NCBI GenBank assembly: GCA_051294905.1
Contig: CM119371.1
Span: forward strand, 11,348,001 to 11,412,000
Source of the DNA: Botryllus schlosseri
Taxonomy: Eukaryota
DNA length: 64,000 bases
Reading direction: 5' to 3'
The notes under the pieces were generated by a model. It saw nothing but the letters and a program-made list of their open reading frames with translations, did not search any database and was not told the origin of the DNA. The translations under genes were made by a program, and so were the position numbers. This document shows, one piece after another, positions 46,738 through 59,900 of the stretch (within the stretch, counting starts at the first letter, position 1; every line of letters begins with the position of its first letter).

Positions 46738-49700
46738 TAATCAGTCCATAGTTGATATTGTTCACATCGACCTGGCGTGATCTGTCGTACTCCTCTCAAT
46801 AGTTGAATCTTTCACACCAGGGTGTCCGAAAACGTCTACCAATGCCCATTGCCCATTTATTCAAAATGTACCTGGTAAACGTTTTGGCACTTCTTCGATA
46901 TAAAGTGAAGTGTTCCCCATGAATAACCTGTAAACCGTGAAAAGTAACAAGGAGTACTCATTAAGATTGATAGCTGGAAGGATTGTACAACATAGATGAT
47001 TTATGCAATTGCGAGCAACATTCTATGGCATCTTATTCGTTGAAAGGTTAGGAAATGATTTTGTATAGTGTGTACGTCTATGGTATTTTATGTAAAACCT
47101 TCATAACTTTTCGCTATTTGCATCACGCTTTATGACCTGAGCATTAGCATCAACTTGCATTTGTATGTACTGCTGCCTGAAATAGCCAGGTTATTTTCTC
47201 AGCAATGTAACTCCACAATCCTCCAATGCAAAATCTCTCTCTTGAATATGCTCATTGCTCATATATATTGCATATGCGGTAATACGGCTTGAATATTTAC
47301 CTTGATTTCAATTGTAGTTGACTGGCAAAACTGGGACATAACAAATTCCCATTATGACAAAACTGGGACATAACAAATTCCCATTATGTAAATGTCTAAT
47401 GCATAAATTTTTTACAGGACCGTTATTAACATTTTTTACAAATCATAGTCCATTCTAACTTTCCAAGAAAAGATTGTTCGTGTATGGAAACAGCCGCAAA
47501 GTAACCCACAACCGTGAGGAAATTGAAAAGAATTTATGGATCTTAATAAAAGTGCTAATCATTATCTTGTGGGATTCTGATACGCCGGGCAGTCCGTGAG
47601 AAGCAACCATGTCATGTTCCACTCTGCTTCAGACATTGAGATATTTCCAAAGATTGTGGTCAAAATGAATAATACTTTGACGATTGGTGCCGGATTGGAT
47701 TGATACTCATTGGATCGATTGATGCAGGGAAAAATAGTCTTGCTGAAAGACTATGCATATTATTCGAGTGCGAGAGGTGAGGAGATGGACACTACAATGC
47801 AATCTGTGGATAATTTCGTGTGCCTTGTGAATATGACAACCAAGTTCAGCTACAACTGCCATTTAAAGCCATATTGCATTACAGATAATATTGCTTCACT
47901 TGTACTAGCTGAAAAAAGATATGCCGCTACTGCAAAACTGGAGATATTCTTATGCCGCAGAAACAGCAACGAAATTCGTGAGCAGGGAAGCTTATCAAAG
48001 AGATTTGATACGGACATTTTTGCCAATCCATCGAGCAGACTACCTCATTATCACCAAGAGATTGAGTCTTGATCCGTTATTTGAATCATTTATAGCCTGA
48101 TCAGGAAATCTGGCCGCACCTGCGATATGGTAGTTTTCAAAGAATAATTGATTTCCAAAGAGGCTTGAGACATCCTAGTGTTCAAATGCCATGGTACTTG
48201 ATGCTTCAATGCCCTCCGATGCTCAACGTCATGTAAAATCGCTGCTCTACCATCCAACTTAAGTCCTGTTATTGTCATTAAGAGAGAATAAGAAAGCTCC
48301 AAAAAATAACATTTGAGAATATATATTTTTGTTACGTGACAAGAAACATTGACGTTATCAAATATTAGGCACAGTTATTCGATTGTTCATAATAGCACAG
48401 CACAGTTTCATAAATTACAACAAAAATAGATGCACACAGTACATTTATCGAATGGCTTGAACATAGGTATATCTGATATTGTAATTTGCATAAACATGAA
48501 AATCCCTTTTTGCTACATATTGACTTGACTTAAAACTTTCCGTTGACTAGGATTTTGGTTCTTGTTATTCTGAATTTAGATGACAACAAGTCTGACATAA
48601 TAACAAAAGTTGTTTATGCAGTTTTCAAGTGTTATAGTAAATGAAATATCTATACCCGGTATAAAATTCTCAATGATATTATGGTGTTGGTATCCTCATT
48701 GAAATTTAGTCACGACTAGTACCAGCGCATTTATCAGTCGATGAAGAAGTGAGGTATTTAAGCTGTTCAAAATCCTGCTTCTGTAATACCCATCCGATGA
48801 CACATTGTTATGACGCTCAGTTTCGATCAACTTCTTCCATGATCACCTCAACCGTTGAGGGAATAGATGGTTATGTGTAAGTTCGGAAATTTGCTGAGTG
48901 AAGGGGATTGTTGTACAATGGACAGTCTCTATTCCGTCCCATTCTTCGAAGTCACCATCTTGCAAGTCAACTATGATTGTAAGAGTTGACAAACTGGACA
49001 TGGACAATATTACAATTAAATGACTATACAAAGTTTATGCTGTGAACAATCATTTATGTATCATTGGCTGTGCCCAAGTCTATCAAACCTGAAATGGACA
49101 GTGCCAGGAACTTTCTACCTATTGTGGGTCGCTCTTGCGCACACATACACTTATAAGATATACCATCATATCATGGGGAATTGCACTCATGCAGTAGTTT
49201 GAAAAAGTAGGTTAAGACCAGATTTTGCAGACGTTTGTTAGTCAATTGGATAATGAAATCGACTTGTTGAAGCACAAAATGAACGGTCTGAAAAGTACTC
49301 GAGTAGTATGAAGAAATGAGTTAGTCTAGTCTGTCAGTCAATTGTATACTGTATCTACAAGCTGCCAACGATTACTTGCAAGCATATTTTCTGTACCGCC
49401 ATCACTGCCGTGTGTTATGTATTTTGGCTGGATGAAAATAAAGACTCTCTACTGATAAGTATCAAACAAAATATTTCTATTTATTCAATTGAATATAGGA
49501 GCATTCGAGTCACAAGATGGATCTCCGTAACAAAAGAATAATGACTATTATTACTTCAAAAACGTGATGCTTTTGCGATATCCTCAAGTAGGGTTTGTTT
49601 ACTTTCACAACATCAGAAGGCCTGATTTCAGAGTCAGGTTTAGAACCTGCCTGAATTGAAAAATCTAGAAATGACTTCGTGACTTGATTATATATTTGCA

Positions 49701-50981
49701 ATGACTTGAAGATAGTGACCTGATCCCAACTCTACCTCGTACTATGAAGTATCCACCGTTATTTGATACTGCGAGACCACCTCCGATCACAATGTTCATC
49801 ACGTATGCACAGTGCACACTGGTACATCAGTTTCCTCTGAATATTAAGCCTTGCTACTGGTATTGGCCAAAACCTGTACAGTATGAACACATTTCACCTG
49901 CAACAGAGGTCTCGATAAAAAAACTTTTCACTACGGTAACGCCAGTTCCTGAAGAAAGATTGCTGGCGAACCGTTTGTTTACATCGATTTCATACCCCTG
50001 GTGAAGCATGATTCGCGACGCGTTCAAACGCAGAGCTCACTGGAGTTTCCAATCATTGTATATATATCATTGCCTAAGCTAAATCAGTGGTTCCAGCCGG
50101 TAGTCTTGATTGCTATTCTAGTAAGCCGATCTGCGTAAATAAACTACTCCAGAGTTCATCGTAAAGGGACAAGGACAGATTAAAATGGGTATTTGGCGTC
50201 CAGTTGGTTTGTTACGACTATATGGGCTAGAATGCGGCCGTGTGGTATACATGAGAAATCAAAATGCGGCAGTGAACAGCACAAAGGTTGGCCACCCCCG
50301 TCCTTGAATGCACCATAATTTTTAAAGGATGTATCAGTGTTCAGCTTCCGATATCCATCTACAATGATTCTGCAAGAAATCGCCGCGATAGCTCAGACAT
50401 TTTGAATTGGTACTTCCTGACAGATGCGTATAATAGCGCGGTGAACATAATTGCAGGGGCGTAGCCGGGGTCGAGTTTGCGTACCACTGCGTTAGATAGC
50501 GGTCCTTGCTCATCCATATTTCGATTAGGCCAGAGGTGGTAAAACTGATAACGTGTGGTCGCGTGCATGCGTTCTAGATCATTCTGGTTTAAACTTAGTC
50601 AACTTAACACGATGTCGGGTATTATTTCCATGAAATCCGCGACGCAGATTCTTTCATTCGTTAGCAGTACATCTATATCCAAAATCCATCACAGGGCTGT
50701 CTAAACGCGAAAATACTCGAACGAAGCATCGCTATGCTTTTCAGTCGGGTATGCCTGAAATGCGATGCCTTTGCCACCGTAAATACTATTACATGAAAAA
50801 TCGTTCAAATGTACTGATTGAGATTACTCCACGGGTACTATTTATGGATGAGCCTAATTCGGATTAGTGCGTAGTTCGTTTATAACAAATATACTCATAA
50901 ATGAGGGGCTTTAATGTCCGCAAGATAACATTATATGAAACCATCACAAAAGATGAAGGCGTATTGATCTACAGGTCTCAC

Positions 50982-53900
50982 AGCATGCGGCATAGTCGCT
51001 TCACTTATCGAGTCGTGAATCGAGAGTTCCATTTCTGGCGATGCCGCGAGAGCACAGGAAGCGATGGTGAATCTACGTACCTAAAGAGTAAAAAAGCTAT
51101 TGGATAAACGTCAAAATGTATTTCGAGATCGGGAAAGCACACTTACGCCCAAGTTGCGATGTCCTTGTTGCAAGGCTTTCAAATTCGGTACTAACTGCAA
51201 ATGACGGCCGAAAGAGCATTTTGAAGCATTGGAATTCCGAATGCCGGTGCCTAAATCGCACCAATCTTTCTGCGACCAATTTCGATTCTTTTCAAAGAAC
51301 ATCTCTTCTATCTGAAATGCAGATAGAATGTAACAATAAAAGGTGACAATATTAGGTATAATATCATGTGATTAATAAAAAAATAAATGAAAAGAATTGA
51401 TAATACATGCTGATATATATTGTTCTCATGCCTTCTAAATCCAATCACACCTTAGGCTGCGAAACACTCGTTCGGGTAAAATATCAAGTAAAGCATATCA
51501 GTTAATAATAATTCGTCGGCAATTTATTCACTCCGACAACAATTGGGTTTACTTCAATGTTATTAATTTTTTTAAATTTATATGAGTGTAAAAGCTGAAT
51601 TACGATAAATGTTTGCGGTATTCATGGTGTTTGTCGACTACTATGGTCTTTGACACCAGGCCGAATTTCTTCATTTTTATTCCGTAGAAGCCGACTTGTA
51701 GCACGGCCCACTTATAGGCTTTTATAAGACACAGCTTACACACGGATGAGATGGTGAAGAGCGGCCTAGATAAACTTCAAACACTTTGGTAGTAATTCTG
51801 GAGTCCACCTCGGTCGGAATCGAGCCCACAATTCATTGGTGTTGCAGCTGTGGATGATGCCATACGCTATCTCGCCATTACGCTATCTCGCTATCTCGCC
51901 ACAAACCGCTGACGTGATCTGATGAGTGTCAACATATACACTAGGCATTCTAGCGATAGTTACAGAGAGTAATTGACGCCAAGTAGAAGCTTGCCAGTTA
52001 TTCACCATTCGATTCAATGACAGGACGCCTACTGATTAAGCAGAAATAAAGTGACAACCTAATCCAGTGGTTCCCCACCGGGGGGGAATTCGAAACTTTT
52101 AGGGGGGAATTTGGCTTTAGCGTTGTAACGCAAGATACACCTGGTTCGCAACATTTTTCGACTTTTATGTTAGAACTGCAAAGTATGAAACTAGTTCTTT
52201 GAAGGTCTCTTTTGGCGGATTCTTAGCTAGATATATGTTTATATGCCTCTATAATATTCCAAGCAGTGAGGCGCGTGAGACGATGTCGTTGGGCCCGCGA
52301 CAGCCTCTCGACCAAATTGCTACCAAGCAGGGAAAAGTCGGGGAGAATTCAGCATTTGGCCGTTGGGGAAAATGTTTCCCTTTTTAAACCAACATCTCTG
52401 CTAAAGTGAAAAACACGAAATTAATTGATTCAACTCAAGGCCATCGAAAAGCGAATTTGGTGATTTATTTGTAGTCAGGAGCTACCCGACCATGCAGTAA
52501 AAAACATGCCAAATTTAGAGTAATTTGACCGCAACGGAAAGTGATGACCTAATTTCTTTTGATTTAGATAAATTTTTGATAACAATCAGTGGTGGCCCTA
52601 CGATTGGGGGGTCCTGGGCGAGACTTCCAGGGGGCCCTATAAGTATGTAATCGCAGCTTTTGTGGGACGTCACCCCTAGACCTCCTCGCTTCTAGTATTA
52701 CGAACTTAAATCAATGCGCCATGTGGACCGGAATTACGCCACTCACGTGTATGACACTGTAACACGGTTTTGAAGCAGGCTTGAATTGTTGTAGCTCTTG
52801 AGCCTTCTTTTATTATACATTGTAAAATTATAAAACAAGTGACCCAGTTAAATATATCTCATGTCTTCATGTTGAAGATGTATGGCATGAAGCGTGAAAT
52901 AACAAAACAGCGATAGCCACTGCTGCAGGCTAATAGACCACATTTATTTGGCAAGCTATCGGGTGACAATAGTAATAAGCCACCACACCACGTCAAAGTT
53001 TGATTATCGGGTTATGAAACTTTTCTAACAAATGCAGAGATTTGATGAATCTGTACGGAACCATCTTCTTGAATGGTACACGGATTTACACGTTTATTCG
53101 CTATAATCCTTGAAAAAGCACTTAAACCAAAGATGGGGGGATCCTTCGACCAAGGGCCCCTGGACGACCGCCCACACCAAAAGCCACCACTGATAACAAC
53201 AGACCTAGTGTCAAATAATTGATATGGAAGTTGTCAGCGGTACTTCATGAAAGTGTAATTCAGGCCGCATTCAACATAGTTAGGACATATCTGAATACGT
53301 TTTGGCATATATTGCTCAGTCAACAAATGGCTGTGCGTTAAAAAGCACCTTTTTGGTAACCGGGCAACTTTTTCTTAGGGGGGAAATTCCGGCTCAAATA
53401 TCGGCCAAGGGGTCCACTAGCCGAAAAAGGTTGGGAACCACTGACCTAATCAAACATCCTAAAGCACTGAAGTGTGATTCCGTTGCAAAATTCATCATTT
53501 CCCAATTTACGTTCAACAACCGACCATGAACTCCGTGAGTTGTTGCAATATATTACACAGTCGTCAATCTCGTTTTGTAATTACACCGCCATTTCGCGAA
53601 ATGTCCTGTACGTGAGAATCTGATACAGACTTTTTGCGTGTGACCGATTTTTCCTGGCTTAATTTCCTTCGGTGATTGATAGAATATATATTTAATTTAT
53701 TACAGCGTGTGTGACAGCGTGTAATAGCGCACAACTTCTACCACGTAATTTATTGATGTGAGGTCTGAGACATTTCATAAATGAAAGTTCAGAGCAGGAT
53801 ATTTTTTTGACACCACGACGATGCAATAGAATACATCGAAAATAAGCGGCACATGAAATGGCTATGGGCCAATCATATCAACGACCTGGTTGTCTCGCAA

Positions 53901-56900
53901 GCAACTTCGAATATTCCAGCAGGATTAGCACTATAAGCGCAGCACCTATGAACTAAATTACCTGCGTGTTCGTCACCGCGAGAGAGAGACGCACCAAGGA
54001 AAACACTCCGTTTTAGAGTTCAAGATGTATGCGATCGAGACAAAATAATTTCAAGTCAATTGGAAAATCACAAAGTAAGAGTGCCTTGTATAAAAATAAA
54101 TATAAATACATTTGTTAGATCATCAGATTTGTGCGAAAAATTACCGAGACGACCAATTTCGAATCGTTGGGCGGGGCCGCTCACAATTCCATTTGTGTGC
54201 CTTGGAGTCGACTTTTATCAAAATACACCAACCAAAACTCTGTCAAGAAAAGGAGTTCGTGTACCACCTAAAAATAGTACATTGAATGCTCTCTATTTCA
54301 TGCTGGTGACGTCATATTCTGTGATACGATTGTTGATATACAATGTTCTTTCCAATTCTCTACTGGTTGCTGACGATTACCACCGACGAGTGTCTGCCGA
54401 AAATATTCGGGTTCGTTTCAATATGAATATACTATTCAATTGTATATTAAAGTTCTGTACATCCAAGAAGCTCTTCAAATATTCCTAAAAGGCGGAAAAT
54501 ATATTTCAGAATGTTATGTGTGTCCAGTATGCTCCAACTGTGGTATGTTTAAAGTGGTCTAAAGCTCAATAGTTATTCCACATTAGGACACGCCCTTTGC
54601 TGCTAGATTACGAAACTATACACTGTAAATAAATGGGCGGTAAAATAAGTGTATTTATCAGCATTCTACCAAGTACAACAAAAAGTGGTTCACGCACTGG
54701 GAATACTCTACGGCTTGATGGATACCTCCATAAGCATTGGTGTGTTTAATTCATTTCCACCTGTTGGAATGTGTGTGAAAGCGCAGTTGGTACCTAAAGG
54801 TGCCGTTTCTCTGATTTACACGAATCAGACTCCACGCCCACCTATTTTCCCAACCATGGATTTACAGTGATAGTTAGATGCACAAAGACGAAATTTTCGA
54901 ACTTTACTCAACTTTTGTGAGAATTAAATTCTTGTTGGTTCTCTGTGTAAGCAGTCTCACTTGCAGAACATTTTACTTCTACTTGACCAACTGTAAACTT
55001 CGAAAATAAGTAAGTGGAGCATAGAATATTAGAACCCAGAATTGGAATATCCTTGAGTAATTACTGCAAGTAGAAGAAAATTACTTCAGTACTTCGACAA
55101 AGTAGAAGTAGTTCGTTATTTGACAACTTGTGATGTCAGTTGTCATTGTTTAGGTAAATATCACGCTACCGCGCGCTGCACACGCGGTCGTGGGTATGGC
55201 CATTCCTTATTTGCCAAGGTGCTGTTAGGTTGCATGTCGCGCTAATATTAAAGTAAATATTGGATTCATTGTTCTCCGTTCACGGTCGCTCAATATAGGA
55301 TCTAAGTCAGGACACAACTCTGCCTATATCATAAGAGTTATCATTGGTATCGTATGCTATAATAAAGGTGAACTAGCACAAATCAAAAGTTAATCAGTAA
55401 TTTCGGGTGTTCAAATACGTAACTCTATTTACCTTCTCGCGATATTTTGTTGCATTCAGCAATCGGATATCTTCAATGCTGAGGACAATCCTATCAACCG
55501 TAGACAAAGTTACTTCATCAATGACTTTCGTTTCAGCAATCTTCGCTGCTTGGATCCAATTTGCAACATCAATTATGCCATGCTGAAAATGTCAAGCAGA
55601 ATATCAAATGCTGTTAAATTTTGGAAATTTATTCAGTATCACCCTTTGTATTTTCGGCACAACAATGCAGCGCGAAACGGTAAATGAAATATCTTGAAAT
55701 GTTCGTCGCCACAAATCGACGTCGAACGAATCGAAATCAACTTCGATCGTTAGATTTAACACCTGGTAATGTAGAACCAATCGGTCTTTCATCTATCGTA
55801 AACGGGATGTATGTGTAAATTGCCATTATACAGAGATGATATCTGGAAACCGTTGCATCATTCATCGTATAATCTGCCATACTTATACTCAGGGCCGAAG
55901 CAACATTTCGTCATCCCCCCGTCCCCCATAGCGGGATATATCAGACTGAAAACCAGACCCCTATCAAGACTTGCGTTTTCATTGCTACATATGAGAGAGA
56001 TTTATTATACGATCTAGCGAGTCAGTTTATATTGTCTGATCAATCGCAATAATTTTTTATAATTCATGATTTTAATCGATCAATAATATTTGGAATTGCA
56101 TATATATCGCTATAAATTGTTATATCCTTTCTCTGCCCCCGTAATCAGATTAGCCGGTGGAGCTGAGTGAGGCATTGTCTTGGAAAAGGCAGGGTCCGTA
56201 AATAACAATTGAACATATTCGGGCGGGCCCCTTGGTATATTGACTTAGCTATATGATGTTATTTCGTGACCTCCTGTCTGATATGACAAAGGATATTAAA
56301 ATCGCTCAAACATACTAAACTAAAACAAGCACACGAATTCAAATTGGTATTTATTCACTGGCAAATAATTTTTCTTTGCAGTGACAGGGCATTTGTCTTG
56401 TGGGGTTCATATTGCGAGGACAGGAATAGTTTGCGCCAGTCATTTTGGGGCATATAAACAATTTCACATACAGCTATATATATCGAAGTTTTTGGTCAAA
56501 CGGGCAGTCTTTTTCGGCCAATGTTTTCTGACTGCCGATCGTTCTGACACACTTCTCGGAGTCGCATGTTACATGGCCTAACAAATGATATGTCTTGGTG
56601 CGTCGTTGCGCGGTGATAGCCGACACCGAAATATACCCATTACTTAAATAGCTGGTTCGTGGTACAGAACTTGAATATAGCTTTCAATACAATATCCATT
56701 GTAGAATAATATTTATTAACTCGAAGACTTTTCGGGTGCCTCTTTTCAAGAGTTATCGGCACACTAAAGGGATTTAAACAGATTTAAAAGCAAAACCAAA
56801 AAGGCAAAGTATGACGCAACAATCAAAATCACAAACCATGAAATTCGCATTGTACCAATGGCAACAATAACAACCTATGAAGCATACGGACATACGGTAC

Positions 56901-59900
56901 TATAGTAGCAGCGCAATTTGTAAATAAACAATTACACGCACGGAACAACACGCACTAATGAGAAATTTGTAGGTTATAGAGGAAATCTTTTTGTCTGCAT
57001 AAAATAGGTTTGCTCAACTGAATAATAGTAGACTCCAACACTTTTAAATGAAACACAGACCTACCACGCGCAATGACAGTGAACATATTGTCATCATAGT
57101 GCTGTGCACAGGCAAGGTTTTCACTCAGATGCTGACCAATTGACGAAGCATATGCTTGGTAATCATCATAGCAGTCTGTTTTTGCAGTCTGTTTTTGCAA
57201 TGACGTCTGGGAGCAGGCGAGGAGCACCGCAAGCTGCAAGCGTATTGGCCATTGTTACGCAAGCGATTGAGCAATTGAGCACTGTCACTCTCGTGCGCAT
57301 TTGCTCCTGAGCTGCTCAGACGGCATGGTTGAGTCACAATACCAAACTCACTTACAATGCAACATTTGAGGCTTATTTTGGCGAGTTTCGGGGCCACGAA
57401 CAGAATAAAATTTATATTTTCGCAATCAGTACCGTGGTAGCTTTCCATTGATACCCGTTTTATCAAATTTAGGCTAATGCAGGACAAGCCGGTCAAAAAT
57501 TACCGTCAAATTGCCTTTGACCAAATGGAAAGTGTGACAAAGACCAATTTCACTGAGCCGTGAGATTTGCTTGTGTCCACACCATATAGGACACTATGAA
57601 CAAACTATCAAACTGGTAGGAGAAATAGTAAAATATCAAAAGGTCGTAGCTTGCGTTGCGTAGCTTATTTAGATATCTAAGCATGTAGGTATGGCATCCG
57701 ACATTGGCATTATGTTGCCCCTTTGATGTATAGTTGGTTACATCCCGTGTCATCTTGGGTATCTCTATATATTTTATTGTCGCCAATTTAATGTGACGAG
57801 TATTAACTAGTCGTAGCCTACGCTTCACAGCTGTAACACCAACGGATTCTTCGGCGATGGCACATTTCTATTGGTATCCACACAGATCCATTATGTTCAA
57901 GTTGTTATTGATCTGTTCCAACATTCGAAGGTAAAATCAAACGCTGATTCTATTTGACTTCGGTAATGATATGTCAATATAGCCTAGTTATAAGGAGTAG
58001 ACCTATGCTCGAAACCCCGAAATAAGGCCTACTTTGATATACATTGAATTCCCCTAATATTTGTGGTGCGGCCCGCGGCGCCATCAAAAATACGAAATTG
58101 GCCCGCTAGCACATTTGAGTTTGAGACCTCTGCTATACATCATGTGTGTTTTTTTGCGGGGAAGGGTACTCAATAATCAATATGTTTGGAAACAGCGTGA
58201 AGACATTTGAATAAAGTTGCATGAATTTAAAAAAAAAACTCCATATTTAATGTTCAATCACCAAATAATTTTGGGATCCTCCGCGCTCGACAGCCGTTAT
58301 TGGGGGTTTGGGGTGTGGCAATTACGGTCCAGATTATACTGATTGCATGAAACATGTGTCAATAAATAAACATGTCACTATCTATACTGAAATACAGTAA
58401 TACAATGTTATCTTCTGGTATTTAAATGTAGCGAAGTGCTGTAACAGACAAAGTGAATTTTTTGGGCTCGTAGTGGATCGTTTCCATGCTGGTTTAACGA
58501 CACCACGAGTAATGCGTAGGATTTTACCATTGTTTGTTAAATTTCCGTAATAGCCTACTTACTCATTTTTCTAACGGTTCAAAGTAACAGGCTACTCGAA
58601 CTTATTATGCGAATTTCAATCTCAGCTGTCATACGTAAGCTTTGTTTCGTCAGGCTTTCAATGACATGGGTTTTATAAACAATATCAGAGGATAGGGAGT
58701 TTAATGATTGGTGGTGTTCTTCACCTCTTACTTATGGAGCAATAATACGAAAAAGTTGTTTTATGTATGGACCATATAAAGTACCAGGTGGGTTCATTTC
58801 GGCGCGAGACGTCGTCGAGCATAGACGTCTTGTTTGGCTCCTGAATCAAGTAATCTTAGTTGGCAAGTCAAATAGTTTTCGGCATATAAGGCCAACATTT
58901 GATATATAAGGTAACAAATCGCACGTTTCTGCGGTCAATGATCCAAGAAACCAGGTAACTAATCGGGTAGGGGTTGCCAACATTTTCGGCCAAATGGCCA
59001 CACGTAGTTGACGAACCATTGCGCAAGCCACTAACCGGGCCAAGCGCGACACTTTTCAAAGTTTAAGGGTCAATAATATTGTTACTTGACTATATTGCGG
59101 TCTGCTGTATATCGCTGGGCTCGCGGTTTGCAAGTCAGGAGTATTCGGCACGTGGACATATCGATATCGAAAGCTTCTGCTAACTCGCATCAACCATTTT
59201 GAGCCTAGGTTTCATCGTTGACGGTATTTCTGCGAGCGCAAATGCAAGGTCCCATGTTGGATGACACTTTATCTCGCAATTGGCAATATAGTTAGACTCA
59301 ATCTGGTACATTAGGCGTTCTTTCATATTCAGGAGGGGTAGCAATAGAAAAAGCAAGAAATCGAGTGACAACATATTGCGTGAAGCGTTATAATTTTATT
59401 ACTTTAGATAAGTCTATGGCAAATTATTCTACTTTATTGAAATGTACGAAGATCTACAAAATATGTGACAGGCCCATGGATGTGCCAATGCATCGGCACT
59501 GATATTTTAGTCATCAGCATCCCCAGATTGGTGTGGCGAGATAGCGCAGTGGTATAATTCGCGGCTGCGGTTCAAGTCCGACCGAGATCGACTTCAGAAT
59601 TCCTATACGTAAGTGTTTGAGATTTATCTGGGCTCCTCGTCGCCACCTCACCCGCGTAAGCAGTGTCGCACAAAAAGCCTAGAAGTGGGTCGTGCTATAA
59701 GTCGGCAGTTACGGAATAAAAATGAAGAATATCGGCCTGCTGTAAGTGACCATAATAACCTTTTTGTCTGCATTCCTCATTTCAGATTTTTTCCAAGCCT
59801 TCATTCTCCACTACCCAAAACTTCTGTCATTACGGAGCAGCTATTTGCTTGTTTGAGTACACAAGATACACAACCAACATTACCGGACCACGACGGACCT

